Below are positions 7,889 through 17,431 of a stretch of DNA of 32,000 nt, piece after piece; within the stretch, counting starts at the first letter, position 1; each line of letters begins with the position of its first letter. The notes beneath the pieces are model-generated. The model was not told where the DNA came from. It saw only the letters and a program-made list of their open reading frames with translations, and did no database searches. This DNA comes from an uncultured archaeon. Lineage in GTDB: Archaea; Halobacteriota; Methanosarcinia; Methanosarcinales; Methanoperedenaceae. Position numbers and translations under genes: made by a program. The DNA lies in assembly GCA_902386205.1 (NCBI GenBank), contig CABMIH010000006.1, forward strand, positions 1-32,000. The letters run 5' to 3'.

Positions 7889-9955
7889 ATGGATTCTTTG
7901 TTATATTCGGCCCCTCTTGCGGGCTTGGTCGGTTTATTATTCGCAGTGTATCTTGCTTTGTATATACTCAAACTGGATGCAGGGACAGAAAGAATGAAAG
8001 CCATCGCATCTGCCATACAGGAAGGTGCAATGGCTTACCTGAACAGGCAGTACAGGACAGTGGCGATCATTGCCGTGATACTTGCCATCTTGATCGCAGT
8101 TGCCATAAATATTGAGACCGCCGCAGGGTTTATCCTGGGCGCGGTCATGTCAGCCGCGGCCGGTTATCTCGGCATGAACATATCCGTAAGGAGCAACGTG
8201 CGCTGCGCGAATGCCGCAAAAGAAGGCATGCAGAAAGCACTGACCGTTGCGTTCAAGGGTGGTGCTGTTACAGGAATATCAGTGGCAAGCCTTGCGCTCC
8301 TGGGCGTAAGCGGACTCTACATCGCTTTCGGCGGAGATATAAAAGCTGTTGAGAAAGTAGTCGGGTTCGGCTTTGGCGCTTCGCTCATAAGCCTTTTCGC
8401 AAGGATTGGCGGGGGGATATACACCAAGGCGGCCGATGTGGGAACTGACCTTGTGGGGAAAGTGGAAGCAGGTATTCCCGAGGACGACCCACGCAACCCG
8501 GGTGTTATTGCTGACAATGTAGGAGATAACGTGGGCGACTGCGCCGGGATGGCAGCCGACCTTTTCGAAACCTATGCAGTGACGGCGCTCGGAGCGATGC
8601 TCATTGGAGTTACTGTCATTGATAAATACCCGAATGCGATCCTTTATCCGCTTGTGCTCGGCGCGGCAGCCATAATCGCCTCCATAATCGGTACCTTCTT
8701 TGTAAAGTTAGGAAAGTCCGGCGACATAATGGGGGCTATGTATAAAGGCGCGATAGTGGCAGGATTGATATCTGTAGTGCTGTTTTACCTGATAACACAG
8801 AAGTTGATGGGGGGCAATACAGGTCTTTTCATCAGCGCGCTTGTAGGTCTTGGCGTAACAGCGGCAATGATCATTATCACCGAATATTACACAGCCACGA
8901 CCCATGGCCCGGTAAAGGATATAGCCAATGCATCAGTAACAGGCCCCGGGACAAATATCATAACCGGGCTTGCTGTTGGCCTTCAGAGTACTGCTTTGCC
9001 TGTAATGGTCATATGCGCCGGGATATTGATCTCATTTTTTGTTAACGGCGGCGTTGCCAACCCATCAATGGGACTTTACGGGATAGCCATAGCTGCGGCA
9101 GCCATGCTTTCAGTTACAGGCATCATAATTTCCATCGACTCATATGGACCAATAACAGATAATGCAGGCGGGATAGCAGAAATGGCGGAGATGTCAAAGG
9201 AAGTCAGAGACATCACCGATCCGCTTGATGCAGTGGGCAATACCACAAAGGCAGTTACGAAGGGTTATGCCATAGGCTCAGCAGCCCTGGGGGCGCTTGC
9301 GCTTTATGCGGCATACAGCAGTGAAATCAACAAACTGCTTATGGAGCAGGGGAGGCCGGAACTGGTGCTTAAACTGTCTGATCCAATGGTCTTAATAGGT
9401 CTGCTCATCGGAGGAATGATCCCTTTCCTCTTCGCTAGCTTCCTCATGAGAGCTGTGGGAAGGGCGGCATCAACTATAGTTTCTGAGATCAGGCGGCAGT
9501 TCAGGGAGATAGCCGGAATCATGGAAGGAAAGGCAAAACCCGACTACGGGCGCTGCGTGGATATCGTGACAATAGCAGCCCAGAAGGAAATGATCATACC
9601 AGGACTCCTCGCAGTGCTTTCCCCTCTCCTTGTGGGCTTCATTTTCGGCCCGGCGGCGCTTGGAGGCCTTCTTATCGGGGTTATTATTTCAGGTCTGCTT
9701 CTTGCCCTCATGATGACGACAGGCGGGGCGGCATGGGATAACGCCAAGAAGTACATCGAGTCTGGCAACCTTGGAGGTAAGAGATTACCCGATGGCAGCA
9801 AGAACCCGACGCACGCTGCGGCAGTGGTGGGCGACACAGTGGGCGACCCTACGAAGGATACGGCAGGTCCTGCGATCAATCCGCTGATAAAAGTAATGAA
9901 TATAGTGGCGATATTGTTTGCGGCACTGATACTGAAATACAGCCTGATCAGATAA
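7889..9955 (+). CDS. hppA: Membrane-bound H+-translocating inorganic pyrophosphatase, K+-independent type
   Basis: Highly hydrophobic ~690-aa protein with signature motifs [34 protein letters not shown] and [13 protein letters not shown] prefer ATG 7889 (GGAGG RBS) over the GTG at 7862 given in the ORF track. Confidence 0.95.
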   Translation: MDSLLYSAPLAGLVGLLFAVYLALYILKLDAGTERMKAIASAIQEGAMAYLNRQYRTVAIIAVILAILIAVAINIETAAGFILGAVMSAAAGYLGMNISVRSNVRCANAAKEGMQKALTVAFKGGAVTGISVASLALLGVSGLYIAFGGDIKAVEKVVGFGFGASLISLFARIGGGIYTKAADVGTDLVGKVEAGIPEDDPRNPGVIADNVGDNVGDCAGMAADLFETYAVTALGAMLIGVTVIDKYPNAILYPLVLGAAAIIASIIGTFFVKLGKSGDIMGAMYKGAIVAGLISVVLFYLITQKLMGGNTGLFISALVGLGVTAAMIIITEYYTATTHGPVKDIANASVTGPGTNIITGLAVGLQSTALPVMVICAGILISFFVNGGVANPSMGLYGIAIAAAAMLSVTGIIISIDSYGPITDNAGGIAEMAEMSKEVRDITDPLDAVGNTTKAVTKGYAIGSAALGALALYAAYSSEINKLLMEQGRPELVLKLSDPMVLIGLLIGGMIPFLFASFLMRAVGRAASTIVSEIRRQFREIAGIMEGKAKPDYGRCVDIVTIAAQKEMIIPGLLAVLSPLLVGFIFGPAALGGLLIGVIISGLLLALMMTTGGAAWDNAKKYIESGNLGGKRLPDGSKNPTHAAAVVGDTVGDPTKDTAGPAINPLIKVMNIVAILFAALILKYSLIR

Positions 9956-9999
9956 AAAAAAGATGCGGCTGGATCAGCCGCATTCACTCAATATTTTTT
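9956..9999. terminator. Bidirectional terminator-like element between convergent hppA and the peroxidase gene
   Basis: An A-run (9954-9960), then a perfect 9-bp stem 9963-9971/9975-9983 (ATGCGGCTG-gat-CAGCCGCAT), then T6 at 9994-9999. Confidence 0.55.
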
Positions 10000-10008
10000 A
10001 GCTTATTT

Positions 10009-11325
10009 TCAATGATTCTTGTCTTTTGTTCGACACCCATCGTCCTTACAATCGTCTCTGTCTGAGAGGGTCTTCAAGAACGCGACAATGGCATCCTCTT
10101 CATTACTTGTTAGTTTAAGGTCGCCAACTTCATTTGTATTCATATTCTCAGAAACTTCCGGTGCCGGCCAGCAATTTACACCCGGCTGCGGCGGCAAAGT
10201 CAATTGGGGATCACACATTGGCAGCGTATCTCTTGTGTTATAGAAGTGCACGATCAGCTCCAAAGACTTGAAGTAACCATTGTGCCCGTATGCTTTTATA
10301 AAAGATGGATCTGGTCTCTTGTCCACATTGCGCAGGGTCGGAACCTTGAACTTGCCCATCTCTTTCTGGTACACATCCTGAGAAGAACCGGTGCTCTTGA
10401 GGTATCCGCCAAGTCCATAATCTACCCAGTTGAGCCCATCCTTGTTGAAATTTTCCCACTTTTCATTCCATAGTGATTCATAGTAGAATGGATTCAGGGG
10501 ATTCTTTGGGATTCCGATGTTATCATAAGTATAGTCTGTGAACAACGGCGGTACATGGCAATTACCACATTTTGCTTTACCCTTAAATAAATCCAGTCCC
10601 ATCATTTCCTGCGGGGTAAGCTCGGTATTTCCTTTCAAATAGTCATCGTATCTGGATGTGAATGAACTCACTTCTTTTGATCTCTCATAGGCTGCGATTG
10701 ATCTCGCAGTGTTATCGTATGCCGTGACAACTTTAGTGCGGTCTTCGGGTGACAGCTTGACCATTACATTTTCTTGCGAACAAACCACATTAATATCTTC
10801 CGGCCACTCGATGGTAAATATATTGCCGTCCCAGGCCTTTTTATAAAGATTTTTGTAATTTGAAGTTGCAATCCGATAAACAACACATGCAGCATCCGGC
10901 AAGGCCTGTTCCAGAGGATTCAGAAACGGTCCCTTGGCCTGCTCAGCGAGCGGATCTTGCATTATCAGGCCCGTCGCCCTTCCATCCCAGAACATGCCGC
11001 CTACCCATGAACCCAGGCTGGTATTATAATGCAGAACAGGACTATCGCCTGCATAAGCAGCTGCCGGCGGTTTACGGTTCCCGAACCTGCCCGCGATAGA
11101 ACCTTCATAGACCGATCCTAATACGTTTATTATAGATTCAGGCCCGGTATACCCGACCTGCGGCCCATGACAGGCCGCACATGCCTGATTTTGGTTGACC
11201 GACATCTTTTCATCGAAAAATACATATCTTCCGAGCTTTTCCTTATCCGATAATGCTGCCGCAGTTCCGGTAGCGGCGGTCAGCAGCAGAACCACCGCCA
11301 AAATCCATATTCTTTTACCCAACAT
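10009..11325 (-). CDS. Di-haem cytochrome c peroxidase (CCP/MauG family), secreted
   Basis: 438 aa with an N-terminal signal/anchor (WILAVVLLLTAATGTAAA) and two CxxCH motifs in the spacing typical of the family (CAACHG ... CGNCHVPPLFTD). ATG is preceded by GGGAGGA. Confidence 0.8.
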   Translation of the reverse strand: MLGKRIWILAVVLLLTAATGTAAALSDKEKLGRYVFFDEKMSVNQNQACAACHGPQVGYTGPESIINVLGSVYEGSIAGRFGNRKPPAAAYAGDSPVLHYNTSLGSWVGGMFWDGRATGLIMQDPLAEQAKGPFLNPLEQALPDAACVVYRIATSNYKNLYKKAWDGNIFTIEWPEDINVVCSQENVMVKLSPEDRTKVVTAYDNTARSIAAYERSKEVSSFTSRYDDYLKGNTELTPQEMMGLDLFKGKAKCGNCHVPPLFTDYTYDNIGIPKNPLNPFYYESLWNEKWENFNKDGLNWVDYGLGGYLKSTGSSQDVYQKEMGKFKVPTLRNVDKRPDPSFIKAYGHNGYFKSLELIVHFYNTRDTLPMCDPQLTLPPQPGVNCWPAPEVSENMNTNEVGDLKLTSNEEDAIVAFLKTLSDRDDCKDDGCRTKDKNH

Positions 11326-11512
11326 AGTTAATTCCTCCCTTTATTGCGTTTTTATGTCGGGAATCCGGCAGCTATAGCTGCGAATCATTTTAAATCGCGC
11401 AAATGTCCCCTGATACGATTAATCACACGCCCGATCAAAAACCTTTTTCCCGAGAGCCCACTCTGTCCACTGGTCTCATCATTTATATGAGGATTTTTGT
11501 GATATATACTTT

Positions 11513-13327
11513 ATGGTCGACGATAAATTATATTATTTACGAAATAATCATAAGCTTTTTACTGATGTAGAGCAACTCTGTATTATGTTTTTGAAGGAGA
11601 AGATATTCGCAGGGGAAGGATTGATTAAAGCAGACCTTGTGTTAAAAAATTGCAGGATAGTCAATGTAAATACTAAAGAGATCACAAAAGGTGATATAGC
11701 CCTGAGGTCAGGGTTCATAGCAGGTATTGGCGATGTTGCCGAATTGAAAAATGCGAAAACAGACGTGATAGATCTGAAGAACGCGCATGTGTGCCCAGGA
11801 TTGATAGATGGCCATGTGCATTTTGAATCGAGTATGGTAACACTCACGCAATTTGCAGAACAATCCATCCGGCACGGGACAACTGGCATAGTCATTGATC
11901 CGCACGAAATAGCCAATGTCCTCGGTCCCAGGGGCATAAGGCTTGTGCTGCGTGAGGCGAAAGTGCTCCCAATAGATATTTTTGTAACAATCCCGTCATG
12001 TGTGCCCTCAAGCCCGCTTGAGACATCAGGCGCCAATATCGGATTAAAGGAGACGAGAAAGTTTCTTGATACAAAATTCGTTGTTGGGCTTGGTGAGATG
12101 ATGGATTATCCAGCCGTTCTTAGCGGTGCTCCTGAAAAGCTCAGGATGATCTCAGAAATTCTTGATAGAAAACTCGTTGTTGACGGTCACTGCCCGGGTT
12201 TACATGGAAAAGAGCTTTTCGGCTATCTGAGCGCCGGGATATCAAGCGACCACGAGTCCGTAACCTACGAAGAAGCGCTTGAAAAAGCACGCCTTGGCAT
12301 GAAGATCATGCTTCGGGAAGGATCGGCTGCAAAATGTCTCGATGAATTCATCCCCAAGCTTATTCGCGAAGGGATATCGCTTGAAAATTTTTTCTTTGCG
12401 ACGGACGATAAGAATTCCGAAGGCCTGATAAATGGACACATGGATGTGCTGGTAAGGGCTGCAATCAGGCTCGGGATAGACCCTATCCAGGCTGTCTCAA
12501 TGGCCACAATCAACACGGCGCGCCATTACAGGGTGGACCAGCTTGTTGGATCGATAAGCATAGGCCGAAGGGCGAATTTGATAATACTTGATCACCTGAA
12601 GGATTTCAAGATCAGGAACGTGGTAATACGGGGCATGTTAAATCCAAAGGTTGAAAGAATAGAATATCCCCGATACGTTTTCAGGACATTGAAATATAAA
12701 AGAATAGTACCTGATGACCTGAAGATCAAATCCCCTGATAAGACGGTATTTGCGCATGTCATAGAAATCGTACCAGGCCGGATAATTACAAACAGGACCA
12801 TCGAAGAGTTGAATACCCGGAATAAAGTCGTTCAGCCAGACGTGGAACGCGATATACTTGCCATTGCAGTTATAGAACGCCACGGAAAATCTGGAAACAT
12901 TGGCCTGGGTTTTGTCCGGGGCCTTGGCCTGAAAGAAGGCGCCATCGGCCAGAGCATTGCCCATGATTCGCATAACGTTATCCTTGCGGGCACGAACTTT
13001 GAGGATATGGCGCTCTGCGCGAACAAGCTCAGGGAACTGCAGGGCGGGATAGTGATCGCCAAGGGCAGGGTAATAGATTACCTCAGCCTGCCTTTTGCAG
13101 GAATTCTTAGCACTGATAGCTTATATAATGTGGATACAAAACTAAAAGAACTGCATAGCAAGGTCAGGAAGATGGGATGTAAGCTCGATGCGCCTTTTGT
13201 TCAGATGTCATTCCTTTCGCTTCCAGTCATACCCTCACTCAAAATAACTGATAAAGGGCTGGTGGACGTGGATGAGTTTAAAATAATAGAGTCTATAAAA
13301 AGCGTAGATCCTATAAAAATCCCCTGA
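11513..13327 (+). CDS. ade: Adenine deaminase
   Basis: Amidohydrolase metal motif CPGLIDGHVHFESS, plus length and overall pattern typical of Ade. The true start may be the ATG at 11585 (MFLKEKIFAGEGLIKADLVLKNCRIVNV...). Confidence 0.85.
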   Translation: MVDDKLYYLRNNHKLFTDVEQLCIMFLKEKIFAGEGLIKADLVLKNCRIVNVNTKEITKGDIALRSGFIAGIGDVAELKNAKTDVIDLKNAHVCPGLIDGHVHFESSMVTLTQFAEQSIRHGTTGIVIDPHEIANVLGPRGIRLVLREAKVLPIDIFVTIPSCVPSSPLETSGANIGLKETRKFLDTKFVVGLGEMMDYPAVLSGAPEKLRMISEILDRKLVVDGHCPGLHGKELFGYLSAGISSDHESVTYEEALEKARLGMKIMLREGSAAKCLDEFIPKLIREGISLENFFFATDDKNSEGLINGHMDVLVRAAIRLGIDPIQAVSMATINTARHYRVDQLVGSISIGRRANLIILDHLKDFKIRNVVIRGMLNPKVERIEYPRYVFRTLKYKRIVPDDLKIKSPDKTVFAHVIEIVPGRIITNRTIEELNTRNKVVQPDVERDILAIAVIERHGKSGNIGLGFVRGLGLKEGAIGQSIAHDSHNVILAGTNFEDMALCANKLRELQGGIVIAKGRVIDYLSLPFAGILSTDSLYNVDTKLKELHSKVRKMGCKLDAPFVQMSFLSLPVIPSLKITDKGLVDVDEFKIIESIKSVDPIKIP

Positions 13328-13554
13328 GATTTATGGATAAATTATAGCAGTGGAATAGCCATACTGCTAGTTACGTGGTTATAACTACTTAAGAAAGATA
13401 AATTAACTTATATTTTTCAAAAAATCCAAGAGTATAAATCACAAATTATTTAAGGCATCAAGATAACAATAATCTAAAAAACGGGATAAAAACGGGTACA
13501 AAATCCACTACGGATAGGAAAACGTATTAAAATGATTCAGAGAGGTAAAGAATA

Positions 13555-14511
13555 ATGTTACTTATTGGTGCGAGCGTATGCTCATTATTGAAAAAGAAAT
13601 ACGCAATGATCTTAATTGCAGCATTAATTTTATTAATCCCGGTCGTCTCTGCCCAGCAGGACGTATCCTGTTACCACTGTCACACAGAGGTAGTCACCCA
13701 GTTCAGGAATAACATCCATTACCAAGGGGGTTTCTCCTGCGCAGATTGCCATGGAGGCGTTTCGGAGTCTAACGCCACGGTGATATCAGCCAATGCGATG
13801 TCGGGAAATTTTATTGGAAAACCTTCAAGAGACCATATAACCGACATATGCTCAAAATGCCATAGTCAGGAAGCAAGCGACTACAAACAGAGCATCCACT
13901 GGTATGCTATTCAGAAAGGCCATCCTGAAGCAGCAACATGCACGGACTGTCATGGAGTCCATGAAATACGTGCAATAGCGGATAACAAATCTTCATCGAA
14001 CCACCAGAACAGTCCTGCAACATGCGCAAAGTGCCACTCGAACAAGGAATTAATGAGTGCATGGTATTATGGAATCAAAGCTGACAGGATCGACACATAT
14101 AAAGAATCCTTCCACTGGAAGGCACTGCGAAATGGATACAACGTAGTCGCAACCTGCTCGGATTGTCATAATAATCACATCACAAAATCCCATGAAGATC
14201 CTTCATCAAGCACATACCCCGACAACCTCCCCAAAACATGTGGTAAGGAAGGCTGCCATCCAGGGACAAGATTTGACGCCAAGGTAGCAGCAGGGCTTGT
14301 ACATGACAAGGAATCATTGCATACAGGAGAACTTGTCTTCAACCAGTCACGCCTGGAACCGCAGATGAAGGCGTATTTCCTTGGCCCATTTGACCTTGCT
14401 TACTGGATAGCCATATTTTTCAAGATATTGACAACAGGCGTTATAGGTCTCTTTGCAGCCATGGTAGTTCTGGATTTCGCATCAAGATTCAAGATCCACA
14501 GGAGATGGTGA
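13555..14511 (+). CDS. Membrane-anchored multihaem c-type cytochrome (7 haem motifs)
   Basis: Signal peptide, six CxxCH motifs (CYHCH, CADCH, CSKCH, CTDCH, CAKCH, CSDCH), one CX4CH (CGKEGCH), and a C-terminal TM helix (YWIAIFFKILTTGVIGLFAAMVVL). Confidence 0.9.
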   Translation: MLLIGASVCSLLKKKYAMILIAALILLIPVVSAQQDVSCYHCHTEVVTQFRNNIHYQGGFSCADCHGGVSESNATVISANAMSGNFIGKPSRDHITDICSKCHSQEASDYKQSIHWYAIQKGHPEAATCTDCHGVHEIRAIADNKSSSNHQNSPATCAKCHSNKELMSAWYYGIKADRIDTYKESFHWKALRNGYNVVATCSDCHNNHITKSHEDPSSSTYPDNLPKTCGKEGCHPGTRFDAKVAAGLVHDKESLHTGELVFNQSRLEPQMKAYFLGPFDLAYWIAIFFKILTTGVIGLFAAMVVLDFASRFKIHRRW

Positions 14512-14573
14512 TCATGCGAAAGCAATCATTAATTGAGGTTTCATATTCTAAGGAATTGAAAGGAGATAATACG

Positions 14574-15272
14574 ATGGGTGAAGTTTTTTTTAAACGTTTT
14601 ACATTCAATCAGCTTGTACAGCACTGGATAATGATTGGCACGTTCATGGCTTTGGTAGTAACCGGGATGCCTGTCAAATTCCCTGATGCATGGTGGTCTC
14701 CTGTGATCATCAACATGGTCGGGGGATTTGAAATGAGAACATTGATACACCATGCGGCCGGCATTTCTATGGTCGTCCTTGGTATATACCATGTCACCTT
14801 CCATGTTTTTGTGGATAAGGAGTCCCTGCTTGACAGGAAAGTTTGGCCGACATTGAAAGATGCAAAGGACTTCTGGCAAACGGTACTTTTTTACTTCGGG
14901 AAAGCAGAAAACCCGAAATACGGCAGGTATAGCTGGAAAGAAAAATTCGATTACTGGGGAGCCTTCTGGGGTATGGTGATGCTTTGCGTAACAGGTCTCA
15001 TAATGATGTTCCCGTTCATTGCAATGGAATACATACCTTATGCATATGTCCATCTTGCAACGATTATCCATACCGATGAAGCGCTGCTGGCGACCCTGTT
15101 CATTTTCATAGTCCACTGGTGGAATGTTCATTACAGTCCGGAAGTATTCCCAATGTCGAAAGCATGGCTGACTGGTAACCTTTCAGAGGAACAGATGAAA
15201 CATGAACATCCCCTTGAATATGAAGAGATTATGAGACAGATGCGGGAAAGAAGCGAAAAGGTGCCTGATTGA
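14574..15272 (+). CDS. b-type cytochrome, FdnI/Ni-Fe-hydrogenase cytochrome-b-like membrane subunit
   Basis: Four or five TM helices with conserved His residues (QHWIM, IHHAAG, YHVTFH, IIHTDE, VHWWNVH). I prefer ATG 14574 (AAGGAG RBS) over 14505. It lies immediately downstream of the multihaem cytochrome gene. Confidence 0.8.
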   Translation: MGEVFFKRFTFNQLVQHWIMIGTFMALVVTGMPVKFPDAWWSPVIINMVGGFEMRTLIHHAAGISMVVLGIYHVTFHVFVDKESLLDRKVWPTLKDAKDFWQTVLFYFGKAENPKYGRYSWKEKFDYWGAFWGMVMLCVTGLIMMFPFIAMEYIPYAYVHLATIIHTDEALLATLFIFIVHWWNVHYSPEVFPMSKAWLTGNLSEEQMKHEHPLEYEEIMRQMRERSEKVPD

Positions 15273-15385
15273 TTTCTTCCTCCTCTTTTTTATTTATAGA
15301 ATCCTGAAAAAAAGCATTTGTGGCAAATTCTTAAATATCTCACTGAGTATTTTAAAGTGGAATTGAAATCCAGGGAAGTATTTTC

Positions 15386-16516
15386 ATGAGCCATAATTAC
15401 TGGGAAGGAAAATCAATATCTCCACTATCACTGACGGGGAATCTGACCATAACGGAACTCGTTGACAACATCTTCGACGGTATGGGATATAACGCGAAAA
15501 GACTGGCTGAGGCCTGCCATCTTTTCAAGGCAATGATCGATGAGAACTCAACTTTATGCCTGACACTGGCAGGCGCGATGACACCAGTAGGTATGGGCGG
15601 GGGAATTATCAAGATGATAGAGAACGGTTTTATCGACTGGATAGTTACAACCGGGGCGAATACATATCACGATATGCATTTTGCATACGGGCTGCCTGTG
15701 CACCAGGGGGACTACACGGCCGATGATAACGAACTGGCGGATAATGATGTCGTCAGGATCTATGATGTTTATATTGACATGGAGCGAACGCTTATGGCCC
15801 AGGATAAGATCATCCAGGAGCTTACCAGGAAAGCGGTTGAAAGGAACCTGTTCCCTGAAAAATTCTCATCCGCGTATTATTATAAAACCCTTGGTGAAGG
15901 GATAGTGGAGACTGCAAAGCACCCGGAGCGTTCATTCATAGCCTCAGCCTCAAGGAACAATGTCCCGGTTTTCGTGCCATCTTTTGCCGACTCTTCAGTC
16001 GGGATGAACACAAGTTACATTCCCATCGTGGCAAGCGCGATATCGGGTTCAAAAGAACTGAACTCCGGGGATTTTGTTGACCCGAGCCCTACCATGGATG
16101 TTCTTGAAAGCGCTGCCATCGTTTTTAGCAGCATGAAGGAAGATATACCGCGCGGTGCTCTTGAAGTCGGCGGAGGAGTTCCTAAGAACTTCCTTCAGCA
16201 GACAGGGCCTACGATTTCCCAGATTCTTGGAATGGAGTGCCCAGGTGAGAATTATGTTGTCCAGGTAACTGTTGACCGCCCGGATACAGGAGGGCTTTCA
16301 GGCGCTACGATCAATGAAGGCAAATCATGGGGAAAGATCCCGAAAGCAGGAGAGGGAAATGTTGTACCGTACCTTGATGCAACAGTCGGGATCCCGATAA
16401 TTTTCGCTTATGCACTTGAGAACTGCAAGCCAAGGAAACTTAAGAGGTATGGCAGCAGATTACCCCGCCTGGCTGGGGAGCTTGTGGAAGCGGCTAAGGA
16501 AAAGGTTGAGAAGTGA
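15386..16516 (+). CDS. dys: Deoxyhypusine synthase
   Basis: DHS-family motifs LAGAMTPVGMGG, VTTGANTYHD and the catalytic-Lys context EGKSWGKI. Confidence 0.85.
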   Translation: MSHNYWEGKSISPLSLTGNLTITELVDNIFDGMGYNAKRLAEACHLFKAMIDENSTLCLTLAGAMTPVGMGGGIIKMIENGFIDWIVTTGANTYHDMHFAYGLPVHQGDYTADDNELADNDVVRIYDVYIDMERTLMAQDKIIQELTRKAVERNLFPEKFSSAYYYKTLGEGIVETAKHPERSFIASASRNNVPVFVPSFADSSVGMNTSYIPIVASAISGSKELNSGDFVDPSPTMDVLESAAIVFSSMKEDIPRGALEVGGGVPKNFLQQTGPTISQILGMECPGENYVVQVTVDRPDTGGLSGATINEGKSWGKIPKAGEGNVVPYLDATVGIPIIFAYALENCKPRKLKRYGSRLPRLAGELVEAAKEKVEK

Positions 16517-16536
16517 TACATGGAATATATAAAAAA

Positions 16537-16564
16537 AACAAAATTGTTATATAACATTTTTGTT
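16537..16564. terminator. AT-rich imperfect palindrome between convergent dys and the HEPN gene
   Basis: 14-nt arms with one mismatch, centred on 16550/16551 (core TGTTAT|ATAACA). It is flanked by A8 and T5 runs and overlaps the HEPN stop codon. Confidence 0.35.
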
Positions 16565-17003
16565 ATGCAATCTGAATTTTATAATTTTTCTTTAGAAATG
16601 GCAACAAAATCTTAAAAACCATTTGCATTCTCGTTTCATTCATTTTCGCATCATCAAGAGTGTATATTTGAGATGGAATCCTTATTCCCTCATCGCTCCA
16701 GTCAGGATACCTTGAAATTGCCCAGTTTTCTTCAAGAGGGACAACCCCTTCTTCGAGCGTCACCATTATTTGTGCGTCCATTTTATCTTCAAATTCTTTC
16801 AAGAAAAAGGAGAAGATTTCATGTTTATAGATGCCAATTTTGCCTTCTGCTGCAAGGCAAGCTTTTAGCAATTTTTCCACTGCCTGCTGGGCATGATAAA
16901 CCGCAAGGTTGAATTTTTCTTTTTCGATAAGCATGGAAACAACATCATAGTCATTATTTGCCTCTATAAGATACGCTTTTGCGACATCCAGTTTCTTTAT
17001 CAT
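16563..17003 (-). CDS. HEPN-domain protein (toxin-like partner of MNT)
   Basis: 146 aa. AVYHAQQAVEKLLKACL is typical of classical HEPN. There is a 4-nt overlap with the upstream MNT gene. The usual Rx4-6H appears as KIGIYKH. Confidence 0.75.
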   Translation of the reverse strand: MIKKLDVAKAYLIEANNDYDVVSMLIEKEKFNLAVYHAQQAVEKLLKACLAAEGKIGIYKHEIFSFFLKEFEDKMDAQIMVTLEEGVVPLEENWAISRYPDWSDEGIRIPSQIYTLDDAKMNETRMQMVFKILLPFLKKNYKIQIA

Positions 17004-17419
17004 GCCACCACTTCCCAGTAATCCTCATGGTTAACAACCCTGCTCGGGACTATCTGTTTAAAATGTTTTAATAATTTATCAAATGTGCCGTCATCATATA
17101 ATGGAATCCCATAGTTGAGAATATTGAGAATAAGCGGATTAAGTGTTTCCAGTGAGGTTTCCAGTTCTTCGATTGACGCAACCTTTGGAGATACCTGGCC
17201 TACTGTGCGGTAAAGCCTTTTCCTTAACTCTATTTCAAGGTCTCTGCGTTCCATCCAGTTTGCGAATTTCTTGTTTAAGATGATAAGAATGTCAATGTCA
17301 GAATATTTTTGAGCGTAGCCTTTCGCATAGGAACCATATAAAATTATACTGCAAAGTTTGTCTTGAAATTTGGCTTTTAATTCTGATACTACTTTTTCGG
17401 AAAGCTTGGAAGAAATCAT
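17000..17419 (-). CDS. Minimal nucleotidyltransferase (MNT) domain protein
   Basis: GSx10SDxD signature LYGSYAKGYAQKYSDIDILIIL. I prefer ATG at 17419; the track start at 17428 is TTG. Confidence 0.8.
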   Translation of the reverse strand: MISSKLSEKVVSELKAKFQDKLCSIILYGSYAKGYAQKYSDIDILIILNKKFANWMERRDLEIELRKRLYRTVGQVSPKVASIEELETSLETLNPLILNILNYGIPLYDDGTFDKLLKHFKQIVPSRVVNHEDYWEVVA

Positions 17420-17431
17420 TTTAATCAACTC

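Noticed and set aside
7834-8016. N-terminal 60 aa of ORF 7321..8016 (minus)
   Set aside because: It runs antisense through the hppA start and promoter and shows no transposase-like sequence. The ATG there is fortuitous and the transposase is a truncated remnant.
9544-9987. 147-aa minus-strand ORF inside hppA, and similar long antisense ORFs at 5747-6688, 11548-12036, 14541-15131, 18539-19336, 19339-20013, 22638-23090 and 328-1591
   Set aside because: All are shadow frames opposite genes with strong family signatures. Their translations are low-complexity (Ser/Pro/Ala/Ile-rich) and lack RBS and motifs.
13555-16516. In-frame UAG (pyrrolysine) or UGA (selenocysteine) recoding in the Methanosarcinales-like genes
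   Set aside because: All recognised genes read through as uninterrupted ORFs of the expected length. No methylamine methyltransferase or selenoprotein family is present.
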